Below, in pieces: positions 55,101 to 64,000 of a DNA stretch of 64,000 bases (position 1 is its first letter; the number at the start of each line of letters is the position of its first letter). The DNA comes from an uncultured bacterium. Its GTDB lineage: Bacteria; Bacteroidota; Bacteroidia; Bacteroidales; Bacteroidaceae. The notes beneath the pieces were generated by a model that was not told the origin of the DNA, made no database searches, and saw nothing but the letters and a program-made list of their open reading frames with translations. Made by a program: the position numbers and the translations under genes. The stretch lies in NCBI GenBank assembly GCA_905216025.1, contig CAJMSE010000013.1, forward strand, positions 15,195 to 79,194, written 5' to 3'.

Positions 55101-55967
55101 CGGGGCAATCAGGCGCAGGGTGAGGGTGTGGAGCCGCGGGTGCTCGGGGTCCCAGGTCGATACTCCCGGCCATTGGGTCGTGAGGGTCTGGGGGCTATGG
55201 TTGCTATTATGGATATTGTCGCCATTATAGCTGTCATGGCCGTCAGATGACTCCTCAAGCATCAAAGTCTGCGCCGGCCGGTCGTCGATAGCAGCCTGAA
55301 CGCTGTAGCCGCCGTGGCCTGTCCCTTCGGTGGTGAGCGCGATGCGCAGCGTTCCGTCGGCCCTGGCGTCGATGGCGGCATGCGCTATGTACGCGGCGGG
55401 GAGTGCCCGCAGGTATACGGGGCGGTATATTCCGCCGAAGAGCCACCAGTCGGCGCGGCGCTCGGCGGCATTTACCGACTTGTCCTTTGACTGCTTGTCC
55501 ACCTTAACCTCCAGCGTGTTCGCCTTGCCGTAGTGCAGCAGGCGGCTTATGTCGTAGCTGAAGGCTGTGAATCCGCCCTGATGCTCAGGGCCGGCGGTCT
55601 GTCCGTTGACGGTCACGGCGGCATCGGTCATCACTCCTTCGAACACAATCTCCACCTTGCGGCCCAGCCACGATGCCGGCACGCGGAACGTTTGGCGGTA
55701 GTGGCCCGTCTCGGTGCTCACCCGTCCGCCGGGTTTCTTGTAGTATCGGCCGTAAGTGTACTCGCCGAAGCCCTGCTGCTCCCAGCATGACGGCACGGCA
55801 ATCTTGCGCCAGCGCCCGCTGTTCATTCCGGCTGAGCAGCGGAAGCTCCACTGCTCGGTGTGTCCGGCATCCGTGCCGGAGAGGTATATGCGCTCTGTCG
55901 CTGTCTGTGCCGGCAGCGTAAGCCGGCACAGTGCAGAAAGCAATAGCGATATGATGATGGTTCTCAT
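52182..55967 (-). CDS. GH2 glycosidase (beta-galactosidase-like, with Bgal small-chain domain) fused to a C-terminal sialate-O-acetylesterase-like (SASA/SGNH) domain
   Basis: 1261 aa. Signal peptide. GH2 sugar-binding and TIM regions (WWLFGGIYRPVYL, VNRHCFYPETGRA, WANGNEGG). Bgal_small_N-like MRWMGRGPYRVWRNR. C-terminal VFITAGQSNTDGR...IMWHQGESD. Confidence 0.8.
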   Translation of the reverse strand: MRTIIISLLLSALCRLTLPAQTATERIYLSGTDAGHTEQWSFRCSAGMNSGRWRKIAVPSCWEQQGFGEYTYGRYYKKPGGRVSTETGHYRQTFRVPASWLGRKVEIVFEGVMTDAAVTVNGQTAGPEHQGGFTAFSYDISRLLHYGKANTLEVKVDKQSKDKSVNAAERRADWWLFGGIYRPVYLRALPAAYIAHAAIDARADGTLRIALTTEGTGHGGYSVQAAIDDRPAQTLMLEESSDGHDSYNGDNIHNSNHSPQTLTTQWPGVSTWDPEHPRLHTLTLRLIAPDGTVCHETTQRVGFRTIEFRRRDGFYLNGTKLTIKGVNRHCFYPETGRATSRSLDIEDVKLVKAMNANAIRSHYPPDAHLLDICDSLGVLYLNELPGWQNHYSTPIGSRIVREMVMHDANHPCIFAWANGNEGGFNTALDTLFARYDLQHRHVIHPWALFDGVDAHHYPAYQTGVARLANGNEVFMPTEFLHSQYDKGAGTSLDEYWANWSRNPLFAGGFIWALIDEGVARTDRGGRIDTDGTNAPDGIVGPHREREASWYTVRDVWSPIQIAPLRITPSFDGTFKVTNGFLFSRLGECRMTYEVVRLHSPLTSAAVRSKNGSVLSHGTVALPDIAPGETGTARMALPENFAAGDLLRLTAYTTGGDTINTWSYTMRYADEYWVRERYGKAANGGLDGNKLSSKAPVIPMNLQSFIPPISPTSPISSDTLFLEAAGVRAGFSHESGMLTVVSVDGKAVPFGGGPLPVGMKMRLLGISRRTEGNDALLVMKYAGAVDSIVWRMTPDGMLGMDAVLLNSRDGKRFGEAFFDTDVRNFGFSFSYPESQCTGMRWMGRGPYRVWRNRQRGQNIGIWQKDYNNTITGQPESGRLIYPEFKGYHANLYWAQIQSATAPFTVYSETDGLYFRVFTPEEPTDSEGKRVHTMQQFPAGDLSFLFDIPGMRSYKPIEQLGPQAQPSHIRINKGDEGLRMKLWFDFKKPMPAPVFITAGQSNTDGRVYADEMPDYLRAGYRHLHYADVTNKRNGKFDDRSFEKNRGRWSYCDVVNKLLDNSQSTDVYSIKASIGGTSIDTIAGGPKRPSWYAGKKWLAANNAYSGNVATGRSLTKALTEGFALCVDSTLSRLEHGYDVKAIMWHQGESDRSKADSYYTNFKTMICHLREAISKKTGRKEYLTLPFIFGTVPHASRQYSAGVEAAQRRVAAELPNVYIIDLSKAQLGKDNLHFAGDWTERIGRMMYNVLVRIGAVRGNEVDTGE

Positions 55968-55987
55968 GATTCTTGTCTGTTGTGGTT

Positions 55988-58522
55988 TTATTTTACGGGA
56001 AAGAGGTAATGCTTGCGTTGGGGCTTGTAGTCAATCATCCACTGGTCGGCTATGATGTGGCTGTCGAGCGCCTTTATCGTGAGCGTATGGCGTCCCTTGG
56101 CCAGGTTAACGGGCTGTTCGCGCACAGCCTGACCGCGGAGCACGTTCTGCTTCCAGCCATCCGAGCGGAACTTCTCCTTCAGCGTGTACACCTTGGGCTC
56201 GCCGCCGTCGATGCTCACGCTATAGCGCAGGTCGCCGTCGTCGTTGGGCTGTGTGGGTATCATGGCGGTGCGGAGCACAGCCTTTCCCTCACGCTCGGCC
56301 GTGAACTCGTATGTCAGCGTGCCGTCCTTGGGCATGGCCACGGCATTCATGCTGTGACCGAGCATCTGCACGGTGCGTGCTCCGGCCGAGGCCTTTGTGT
56401 AGTCGCAGGCATTGCGTGCTATAGTGCCCTCGGTGTCGATGTCGTGGCGCTGATTGTTCTTTGTGTCCTTTCCGAGCCACTCCGTGATCTCCTTGTCGCT
56501 GAGCAGAGTGGGCAGAGACGGCGCGGCATATACCGGCAAGTCGCGCGGCCGCATGTTCATGGAGCGCCGCCACTTGCCTCCGGCCATCGTCTCGTTGTAG
56601 TATTCCGTCAGTTTGCGTATCTCCTGATAGGCGCTTTGGCTGCGTGCCACGGCCGTATATAGCGCTGCGTTTGAGGCGAACATGTCTTTCTGCGTGCTGC
56701 CGGTGGCATACTGGCGGGCGCGCTGCGACTCCAGCATCTTACGGGCGTGGGCGTCGGCAGCCAGAACGGGGTATTCTATGGCGGCGAAGTAGGCGTCGCG
56801 GAGTTCCGGACGTACGAGCGCCTCGGCTTCGCGGACGGTGCGTGCCACGTCGGCATAGCGCTCTAAGTAGCGGTCGAGCTCACCGCCGAATGCCGTCGTG
56901 CTGAACTCCGTATTGACGACGGGACTCAGCCCTCGGGCGTATGTCTTCTTGTCAAGCTCCGTCTGGCTCCACCCCATGAACTCCGGACGGCGCTCGCCGC
57001 AAAGGCGGTAAAACTCGTGCATGGCCGGGAAAAGGCGTTCGCCGGCTTCGCTGCCGAACTGGCGGCAGAGCCATGCGCGGTAGTGGGCAGCTATCGTCGA
57101 CGGCGAGACGCAGTCGATGTTCCACGCCATGTCGAGGAAGAGCTCCATGTCGTAGCCCGCAACCTTGGGGTCGTGCACGTTTACAATCCAGACTTTGCGC
57201 ACATTGTGGTCGTAAGCCTCGCGCATCTCGTTGTATATCAGTCCCGGCTGGGTCGTCGTAAGCCACAGATAGTCGTGCGGCCGGCCCCAGTAGCTCAGGT
57301 GATAGTATATTCCTCCGCCTCCGCTGCGCCGCTGTTCGGCGGCATCAGACAGGCGTGTCATGTATCCGTAGTTGTCGTCGCACCACATCAGCGTGACGTA
57401 GTCGGGCACTCGCAGGCCGCGCTCATAGATCTGCAGCACCTCCTTATAAGGCACGAACACCTGTGTCTGCTTCTCGGGAGCGCCTATATACTTGCGTAGC
57501 AGTTCCTGCTGGTCGTCGATAACCTGCTGCAGGGCCTGGAGCTTCTCGTCCATCGTCTTCACGCCCTCCATCGAACCGTCGTGTATGCCGCGCATTCCGA
57601 TGGTGAACATATTGCCTCCGGCAGAGCCCTTCACCTCCTTAAGGCGCTCTATCCAGTAGTCGTGCACCGCCTTGCGGTTTGTCATGTAGTTGTAAGCGCC
57701 GCGCTCTTTCACGTCCCACTCATCCACGTTGTTGCGCAGCAGCGGCTCGCAGTGCGACGTGCCTATGGCAATGCCGCAGCTGTCGGCCATGGCCTTTGCG
57801 CCTTCCGTGCGGAAGAAGGCTTTTGTGCCGGTGTGCATTCCCGGCCAGATGGCGTTGGCTCGCAGGCGGAGCAGCAGCTGAAACACCTTCTTATATGTGC
57901 GCGGTCCTATCTGTCCGAAGCCGCCCGGCTCGTACGTGCCGTAGCTCCACGGGCGCAGCGACCAGTCCTCGTCGTTGATGAATATGCCGCGATACTCCAC
58001 CGACGCACCCTGTGTAGTGCGGAAACCGTCGTCTATTGTGAGCCTGTCGCGGCGTTCGGGCACCACGTCGCCCCACCATATCCACGGCGACACGCCCGCC
58101 ATGCGCGACAGTTCCAGCATGCCGTAGGCCGTGCCGCGGCCGTTGGAGCCCACCACGGTAATCTGCCCGCCGATGACTGAGATGTGGAAACCGTCGGTCA
58201 GCGTCATGAGACTGTCTACCGGCACGCCCTGTTTCTTCAGTTGTCTGAGCACCGTGCCCGATGCCCGGTCGGCCTCGACGATGCGTACGGCGGCCCGGTC
58301 GGCCGCAGCCGCCTTGGCGCGCTTTCCCGTCACGGCCTGCATATCGCTGCCGAACATGTCGAGGGCAGTTGTCACCACGGGGTCGACTCTCTTCTGCACA
58401 TTATAGGTCACGGCCGTGCGGCCGTCATACCATTCCACATTATCTGCTGCTGCAGGCACGGCACACGCGCACGACACCATGGCAAGCGCAGCGTGGAGTC
58501 TCACGGATAGGTTTCTGTTCAT
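55988..58522 (-). CDS. glycoside hydrolase family 115 (alpha-glucuronidase)
   Basis: 844 aa. GRGTAYGMLELSRMAGVSPWIWW, YRGIFINDEDWSLRPW and GTSHCEPLLRN. 20 nt upstream of the GH2 fusion gene. Confidence 0.85.
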   Translation of the reverse strand: MNRNLSVRLHAALAMVSCACAVPAAADNVEWYDGRTAVTYNVQKRVDPVVTTALDMFGSDMQAVTGKRAKAAAADRAAVRIVEADRASGTVLRQLKKQGVPVDSLMTLTDGFHISVIGGQITVVGSNGRGTAYGMLELSRMAGVSPWIWWGDVVPERRDRLTIDDGFRTTQGASVEYRGIFINDEDWSLRPWSYGTYEPGGFGQIGPRTYKKVFQLLLRLRANAIWPGMHTGTKAFFRTEGAKAMADSCGIAIGTSHCEPLLRNNVDEWDVKERGAYNYMTNRKAVHDYWIERLKEVKGSAGGNMFTIGMRGIHDGSMEGVKTMDEKLQALQQVIDDQQELLRKYIGAPEKQTQVFVPYKEVLQIYERGLRVPDYVTLMWCDDNYGYMTRLSDAAEQRRSGGGGIYYHLSYWGRPHDYLWLTTTQPGLIYNEMREAYDHNVRKVWIVNVHDPKVAGYDMELFLDMAWNIDCVSPSTIAAHYRAWLCRQFGSEAGERLFPAMHEFYRLCGERRPEFMGWSQTELDKKTYARGLSPVVNTEFSTTAFGGELDRYLERYADVARTVREAEALVRPELRDAYFAAIEYPVLAADAHARKMLESQRARQYATGSTQKDMFASNAALYTAVARSQSAYQEIRKLTEYYNETMAGGKWRRSMNMRPRDLPVYAAPSLPTLLSDKEITEWLGKDTKNNQRHDIDTEGTIARNACDYTKASAGARTVQMLGHSMNAVAMPKDGTLTYEFTAEREGKAVLRTAMIPTQPNDDGDLRYSVSIDGGEPKVYTLKEKFRSDGWKQNVLRGQAVREQPVNLAKGRHTLTIKALDSHIIADQWMIDYKPQRKHYLFPVK

Positions 58523-58562
58523 CTTATTGGTATTGTTGAGTTTGTTTTTAGTTATCTTCCTG

Positions 58563-58570
58563 CAAATTTA
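58563..58570 (-). promoter_or_regulatory. -7 promoter box TAAATTTG for the GH115/GH2 operon
   Basis: Plus strand reads caaattta, 41 nt upstream of ATG 58522. Confidence 0.4.
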
Positions 58571-58673
58571 CGGATAAACGGCTTTATTGCAATGGTAAAT
58601 CCGTACGATTTTAAGTATTATAGTACAATAAAGACACGGTTGGCCGCAGGTAATGCCTATATATAAATAATGT

Positions 58674-58757
58674 GGGGCATACCCTTGCAAGCAGCCGGCG
58701 TGATGAGGCTGTATGATTGTCAGTTCATCACGCCGGCTGCTTGCAAGGGTATGCCCC
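58674..58757. repeat. perfect 33-bp inverted repeat with 18-nt spacer downstream of clpC (giant hairpin or terminator)
   Basis: ggggcatacccttgcaagcagccggcgtgatga (58674-58706) and tcatcacgccggctgcttgcaagggtatgcccc (58725-58757) show no mismatch. Confidence 0.85.
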
Positions 58758-58806
58758 TGTCTTTCTATGGTGCGTGCGGCCGGAAGACAGTGCCCGGCCT
58801 GCCGGT

Positions 58807-61341
58807 TTATGCTATGTCGAAGTGCAGCCGCTCCTCGCCCTCTCTCTTGCTCACCGTGATTGAGGTGCCGGCGCTGAGGTTGCCGTTCACAATCATTTCC
58901 CCGAGTTCGTCTTCGAGATAGTTCTGTATGGCGCGTTTCAGCGGACGGGCTCCGAACTGTATGTCGTAGCCCTTGGTTGCGATGAACTCCTTGGCCTTGT
59001 CGTCAAGGCTGAGAGTGTATCCGAGCTGGCTGATTCTGCCTAACAGCCCCTTCAGCTCTATGTCGACGATGTTCTTTATGGCGTCGAGACCAAGCTGGTC
59101 GAAGGTTATTATCTCGTCGAGACGGTTCAGAAACTCGGGGGCGAACTGGTGGTTCAGTGCCTTCTGGATGATGCTGCGGGCATATTCCTTATCCTTGTCG
59201 TTGAGTGCCAGGCCTGCATCGGAAGCATTGAATCCCACTCCGCGCGAGAAGTCCTTGAGCCGCTTGGTGCCCGCATTGCTCGTCATTATTATCACGGTGT
59301 TGCGGAAATCCACCGCGCGGCCGTTGCCGTCGGTGAGCCGTCCCTCGTCGAGCACCTGCAGCAGCAGGTTGTAGACGTTGCCGTGAGCCTTCTCTATCTC
59401 GTCGAGCAGGATGATGGAGTAGGGGTGGCGCCTCACCCTCTCGGTCAGCTGGCCGCCCTCTTCATATCCCACGTATCCGGGAGGGGCACCTATCAGGCGC
59501 GAAACGTTGAAGCTCTCGGTATACTCGCTCATGTCGATGCGTATCAGGTTGTCTGCCGAACCGAACATGAACTCGGCCAGCTTCTTTGCGAGATAGGTCT
59601 TGCCCACGCCCGTGGGACCGAGGAACATGAACGTGCCGATGGGGTGGTTCGGGTCTTTCAGGCCTACGCGGTTGCGCTGTATGGCCTTCACCATCTTGTC
59701 GATGGCCGCATCCTGTGCAACGACGTTCTTCTTCAGCTCGGCGGCCATGCCGCGGAGGCGTATCCCCTCGGCCTCGGCCATGCGCTGCACGGGCACGCCC
59801 GTCATCATCGAAACCACGTCTGCCACGTTGTCTTCGGTGACGGTCTGCCTGCTTCCGCTTTCGCCCGCGGCCCATCTCTCGTTAAGATCTTTCAGCTCGG
59901 CTTCAAGCTCGGTCTGCCTGTCGCGGTAGCCTGCGGCCAGCTCGAAGTTCTGGTTTCTCACGGCCGCCTGCTTCTTCTCCTTTATGTAGCTTATCTCCTT
60001 CTCCTTCTCGGTGATTTCCGGCGGGATTACGGCCGAGCTGAGATGAACCTTCGAGCCCACCTCGTCCAGCGCGTCGATGGCCTTGTCGGGAAACTGCCTG
60101 TCGGTGAGGTAGCGCCCTGTCAGCCTTACGCATGCGGCCAGTGCCTCGTCGGTGTACTCCACATGGTGGTGGTGTTCGTAGCGTTCTTTTATGTTATGGA
60201 GTATCGCGAGGGTCTCCTCGCTTGTCGTCGGTTCGACAATCACCTTCTGGAAGCGGCGCTCAAGAGCACCGTCTTTCTCGATGCTATTGCGGTATTCGTC
60301 GAGCGTGGTGGCTCCGACACACTGTATTGCACCGCGCGCCAGCGCCGGTTTCAGCATGTTGGCGGCATCCATGCTGCCGGGTGCCGAGCCGGCTCCGACG
60401 AGTGTGTGAATCTCGTCGATGAATATGATGATGTCCGGATTCTGCTCTATCTCCTTCACGAGGGCACGTATGCGCTCTTCAAACTGCCCCCTGTATTTCG
60501 TTCCGGCCACGATGCCGGCCATGTCGAGGCTCACCACTCTCTTATTATATAAGATAGGTGAAGTGTGGCGCGAGGCTATCATCTGGGCCAGGCCCTCGAC
60601 GATTGCGCTCTTCCCGACTCCCGGCTCGCCTATCAGTATAGGGTTGTTCTTCTTCCGGCGGCACAGAATCTCGACCACCCTGAGAATCTCCTTCTCGCGG
60701 CCCACCACCGGGTCGAGCTTGCCTTCGGCTGCCGCCAGCGTCATGTCTATGCCGAACTTGTCGAGGAATGGCGTCTTTCCGGCGGTCTTCTGCGCCTGCG
60801 CAGTCTTCACGTCCTTTGTGCGGCCGTCCTGCGGTCCGCGTGCGTCCTGAAGACCGTCGTCGTCCTCTTCCTCGTCGGGCAGTCCGATGCCGTCTTTCGG
60901 CCGCTCGCCCTGCCGCAGCAGCGTGAGCACGTCTTCGTAGTTCATGTCGTTCATTTCAAGTATCTCTTTCGCACCGTTATTGGCGCTGTCGTGAAGTATC
61001 GCGAGTAACAGGTGCTGCTCGTCGACCCTCTTGGTGTGCTGTATCCTCGCCTCGAGCACGGCCAGCTTCAGTATGTTGCTTGCCTTCTCGTTGAGCACAA
61101 GCTCCGAGGTCGTCACAGGACGGCCAATCTCGTCTTCGCGCACGCGGTTCTCGAGTGCGCTTCTTACGGATGCTATGTTTATGTCTAATCTGCTGAAAAC
61201 GTCATTGACAGCATTGTTCTTTATCCTCAACAAGCCGAGGAGCAAGTGCTCCGGCCCGACTGACAGGCTTGCAAGGCGTGCCGCCTCCTCCCTGCTGTAG
61301 GCCAGTATCTCTGAAACCTTAGGTGAAAATTGACTGGTCAT
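58807..61341 (-). CDS. clpC: ATP-dependent Clp protease ATP-binding subunit (ClpC-type AAA+ chaperone)
   Basis: 844 aa. Two Clp_N repeats, Walker [12 protein letters not shown] and [11 protein letters not shown], and a short UVR-like middle motif ([13 protein letters not shown]). Confidence 0.85.
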   Translation of the reverse strand: MTSQFSPKVSEILAYSREEAARLASLSVGPEHLLLGLLRIKNNAVNDVFSRLDINIASVRSALENRVREDEIGRPVTTSELVLNEKASNILKLAVLEARIQHTKRVDEQHLLLAILHDSANNGAKEILEMNDMNYEDVLTLLRQGERPKDGIGLPDEEEDDDGLQDARGPQDGRTKDVKTAQAQKTAGKTPFLDKFGIDMTLAAAEGKLDPVVGREKEILRVVEILCRRKKNNPILIGEPGVGKSAIVEGLAQMIASRHTSPILYNKRVVSLDMAGIVAGTKYRGQFEERIRALVKEIEQNPDIIIFIDEIHTLVGAGSAPGSMDAANMLKPALARGAIQCVGATTLDEYRNSIEKDGALERRFQKVIVEPTTSEETLAILHNIKERYEHHHHVEYTDEALAACVRLTGRYLTDRQFPDKAIDALDEVGSKVHLSSAVIPPEITEKEKEISYIKEKKQAAVRNQNFELAAGYRDRQTELEAELKDLNERWAAGESGSRQTVTEDNVADVVSMMTGVPVQRMAEAEGIRLRGMAAELKKNVVAQDAAIDKMVKAIQRNRVGLKDPNHPIGTFMFLGPTGVGKTYLAKKLAEFMFGSADNLIRIDMSEYTESFNVSRLIGAPPGYVGYEEGGQLTERVRRHPYSIILLDEIEKAHGNVYNLLLQVLDEGRLTDGNGRAVDFRNTVIIMTSNAGTKRLKDFSRGVGFNASDAGLALNDKDKEYARSIIQKALNHQFAPEFLNRLDEIITFDQLGLDAIKNIVDIELKGLLGRISQLGYTLSLDDKAKEFIATKGYDIQFGARPLKRAIQNYLEDELGEMIVNGNLSAGTSITVSKREGEERLHFDIA

Positions 61342-61481
61342 TATGTCGTATCTCCTCTTGTTTTATATATATGTAAGCTATCAGTCTGACACAAGCAAAA
61401 GGCATGCCAAAGTGTATTCGCACACCAACGGATATTGCAGCTTTGACATATATTAAACCGGAACCGATGCCATGGGCAGCT

Positions 61482-61638
61482 CCTGACGGTGCGGCGGAGC
61501 CGTTTTGACGGTGTAACGGGTTGCCCGTGATGGTGCATCGGATGGCCCGCCGATGTATTGCGGTTGCTTCCAAATGCGTTTGTGCCAGCTATCAAAAGTG
61601 TTTTTGAGAGCTGAGCCAAACGTTTTTGAGAGCCATCG
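61482..61638 (+). repeat. dispersed intergenic repeat, copy 4 of 4
   Basis: cctgacggtgcggcggagccgttt / tgacggtgtaacgggttgcccg / tgatggtgcatcggatggcccgcc, then GATGTATTGCGGTTGCTTCCAAATGCGTTTGTGCCAGCTATCAAAAGTGTTTTTGAGAGCTGAGCCAAACGTTTTTGAGAGC. Confidence 0.85.
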
Positions 61639-61750
61639 TAAACACTGCGGTCGGCCATGACGGCCCGGCCGCTTGCACACAGGCATGCCGCCGGGCGGAA
61701 ATAAAGCATTAAAATATATTTAAATGTTTCGCCGGATGAAAAAAAAGTAG

Positions 61751-61758
61751 TAATTTTG
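61751..61758 (+). promoter_or_regulatory. -7 promoter box TAATTTTG upstream of gyrA
   Basis: Exact TAnnTTTG match 122 nt upstream of ATG 61880. Confidence 0.4.
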
Positions 61759-61879
61759 AAGGCTTGAAAAAGGCTCGGAACGCCTTAGAAAGGCCGGAAA
61801 GTGGCTTAAACGGCATTTTGACGTGCCGGCGCGTGAGTTGCCGGGAAGAAGTGAAGAAACAGTAAACAACAATAATCGA

Positions 61880-64000
61880 ATGGATCAGACATTAGATCAA
61901 GACAGAATTATCAAGATTAACATTGAGGAAGAGATGAAGTCCTCATATATCGACTACTCGATGTCGGTGATTGTGGCCCGTGCCCTTCCTGACGTGCGCG
62001 ATGGTTTCAAACCGGTTCACCGCCGTATCCTGTACGGTATGAAGGGCATCGGAAACACCAGCGACAGCCCGTACAAGAAGTGTGCCCGCGTTGTCGGCGA
62101 GGTGCTCGGTAAGTACCACCCGCACGGAGACAGCTCGGTATACGGAGCGCTCGTGAGGATGGCTCAGGAGTGGAACATGCGCTATACGCTGGTCGACGGG
62201 CAGGGTAACTTCGGTTCGGTCGACGGCGACTCGGCTGCTGCCATGCGTTACACGGAGTGCCGTCTGTCGAAGATGGGTGAGCACATAATGGACGACCTCG
62301 AGAAGGAGACGGTCGACATGACCACCAACTTCGACGATTCGCTGCTCGAACCGACGGTCATGCCGACGAAGATACCCAACCTGCTCGTGAACGGAGGAAA
62401 CGGTATTGCCGTGGGTATGGCGACGAACATCCCGACGCACAACCTCGCCGAGGTCATCGACGGATGCTGTGCATACATCGACAACCCCGATATAGACACG
62501 GAGGGACTCATGGAATATATCAAGGCCCCCGACTTCCCGACCGGTGCCTACATATACGGCATACAGGGAGTGAAGGATGCCTACGAGACAGGGCGCGGCC
62601 GCATCGTGATGAGGGCCAAGGCCGAGATAGAGAGCGGAGACACGCACGACAAGATTGTAGTGACGGAGATACCCTACGGAGTGAACAAGGCCGACCTCGT
62701 GAAGTATATCGCCGACCTCGCCAACGAGAAGAAAGTGGAGGGCATCAGCTACGTGAACGACGAGTCGGGACGCCAGGGAATGCGCATCGTCGTCGACGTA
62801 AAGCGCGAGGCCAACGCCAATGTAGTGCTGAACAAGCTGTTCAAGATGACGGCTTTACAGAGCTCGTTCTCAGTGAATTGCATAGCCCTCGTGAAGGGAC
62901 GCCCGCGGCTGCTCTCGCTCAAGGATTGCGTGCAGCACTTCGTAGAGCACCGTCACGACGTCACGATACGCCGCACCAAGTTTGAACTGAAGAAGGCACA
63001 GGACCGTGCCCACATCCTCGAGGCACTCATCGTGGCTTGCGACAACATCGACGAGGTGGTGCATATCATAAGAGGTTCGAAGACTCCCCAGGATGCCGTG
63101 GAGAACCTCAAAAAGCGCTTTGACTTCGACGACGTGCAGGCAAAGGCTATCGTCGACATGAGGCTCAGCCAGCTGACAGGTCTCAGGATGGACCAGCTGC
63201 ACCAGGAATACGAGGAACTGGAGAAACTGATTGCACACTTGCAGGAGATTCTGGCCAACCCGGAGATATGCAAGCAGGTGATGAAGGATGAACTGCAGGA
63301 GGTTAAGGAGAAGTATGGCGATGAGCGCCGCACGGAGATAAAATACTCCAGCGAGGAGTTCAATGCCGAGGATTTCTATCCGGACGACCCTGTGGTGATA
63401 ACCATCAGCCACCTCGGCTATATCAAGAGAACTGCTCTCACGGAGTTCAAGGAGCAGAGCCGCGGAGGCGTCGGAAGCAAGGGCGCACACACGCGAGACC
63501 AGGATTTCACCGAATATATATATCCGGCGACGATGCACAACACGCTCCTCTTCTTCACGCAGAAGGGTCGCTGTTACTGGCTGAAGTGCTACGAGATTCC
63601 CGAAGGGGCGAAGAATGCGAAGGGACGCGCCATACAGAACCTGCTCAACATCGAGCCGGACGACGCCATCAACGCAGTGCTCCGCATCAAGAAGTTTGAC
63701 GACGAGGAGTTCCTCAGAAGCCACTATGTGGTGTTTGCCACGAAGAACGGACTGATAAAGAAGACCTGTCTCGAGGCATACAGCCGACCGCGTGCAAACG
63801 GTGTGATAGCCATCAACATCACGGAGGGCGATCAGGTGGTGGGCGTAAGGCTTACAAACGGAAACAACGAACTGATAATTGCCAACCGCAACGGACGTGC
63901 CATCAGGTTCAATGAGCAGGAAGTGCGCGTCATGGGCCGTGTGTCGACCGGCGTGCGCGGCATGCGTCTCGACGGCGGCGACGACGAAGTGGTGGGCATG
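61880..64000 (+). CDS. gyrA: DNA gyrase subunit A, N-terminal 707 codons (continues beyond window end)
   Basis: Absent from the ORF track because it is open at the window edge. My translation from ATG 61880 gives [54 protein letters not shown]...[22 protein letters not shown]...[21 protein letters not shown], which includes the AAMRYTE active-site tyrosine motif. The minus ORFs 61943..62647 and 62870..63724 are antisense shadows. Confidence 0.92.
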   Translation, partial: MDQTLDQDRIIKINIEEEMKSSYIDYSMSVIVARALPDVRDGFKPVHRRILYGMKGIGNTSDSPYKKCARVVGEVLGKYHPHGDSSVYGALVRMAQEWNMRYTLVDGQGNFGSVDGDSAAAMRYTECRLSKMGEHIMDDLEKETVDMTTNFDDSLLEPTVMPTKIPNLLVNGGNGIAVGMATNIPTHNLAEVIDGCCAYIDNPDIDTEGLMEYIKAPDFPTGAYIYGIQGVKDAYETGRGRIVMRAKAEIESGDTHDKIVVTEIPYGVNKADLVKYIADLANEKKVEGISYVNDESGRQGMRIVVDVKREANANVVLNKLFKMTALQSSFSVNCIALVKGRPRLLSLKDCVQHFVEHRHDVTIRRTKFELKKAQDRAHILEALIVACDNIDEVVHIIRGSKTPQDAVENLKKRFDFDDVQAKAIVDMRLSQLTGLRMDQLHQEYEELEKLIAHLQEILANPEICKQVMKDELQEVKEKYGDERRTEIKYSSEEFNAEDFYPDDPVVITISHLGYIKRTALTEFKEQSRGGVGSKGAHTRDQDFTEYIYPATMHNTLLFFTQKGRCYWLKCYEIPEGAKNAKGRAIQNLLNIEPDDAINAVLRIKKFDDEEFLRSHYVVFATKNGLIKKTCLEAYSRPRANGVIAINITEGDQVVGVRLTNGNNELIIANRNGRAIRFNEQEVRVMGRVSTGVRGMRLDGGDDEVVGM

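Overview
This is a chromosomal, mostly housekeeping 64-kb window from a Bacteroidales-type (Bacteroidota) genome. That assignment is an inference from TAnnTTTG -7 promoter boxes in front of most transcription units, a class-3 FBPase, an SDR-type UxuB, an HTCS-like propeller sensor, the CAZyme content and a T9SS-like C-terminal domain. I call 44 protein genes and one tRNA-Ser(CGA). Two genes are cut by the window edges and absent from the ORF track: nifJ at 1-1992 (-) and gyrA at 61880-64000 (+). I found no rRNA, CRISPR array, transposase, integrase, phage gene or recognisable defence system. The main blocks are as follows. (1) GH43 plus a 1234-aa multidomain secreted lyase-like protein (4.4-10.2 kb). 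(2) An 11-gene, tightly packed minus-strand string, purU-hisHAF(IE)-ftsE-lysC-lysA-GT2-GT4like-fbp (10.3-21.6 kb). (3) Hexuronate genes uxaB, uxuB and uxuA (22.5-26.4 kb). (4) serC-serA-DUF1015-yigZ-tRNA-Ser (32.4-36.5 kb). (5) malQ/HAD. (6) A LytS/LytTR two-component pair next to a MacAB-TolC-type efflux set (41.9-48.2 kb). (7) ribE. (8) An output-less propeller sensor followed by a GH115 and GH2-esterase fusion operon (49.3-58.5 kb). (9) clpC and gyrA. I could not identify a clear novel multi-gene protein system. The most unusual signals are non-coding. The first is a dispersed 170-240 bp intergenic repeat family with four copies here, built from an array of ~22-bp subrepeats plus a conserved core. 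The second is a pair of separate 22-bp tandem repeat blocks that fill the only sizeable gaps of the long operon. The others are a MITE-like inverted repeat and a 900-bp gene-free stretch after tRNA-Ser, a long closed-stem leader upstream of ribE that does not match the FMN riboswitch, and a perfect 33-bp palindrome after clpC. Small features were mapped by hand, so their coordinates are +/-2 nt. All homology calls come from motif recognition in the translations, not from searches.
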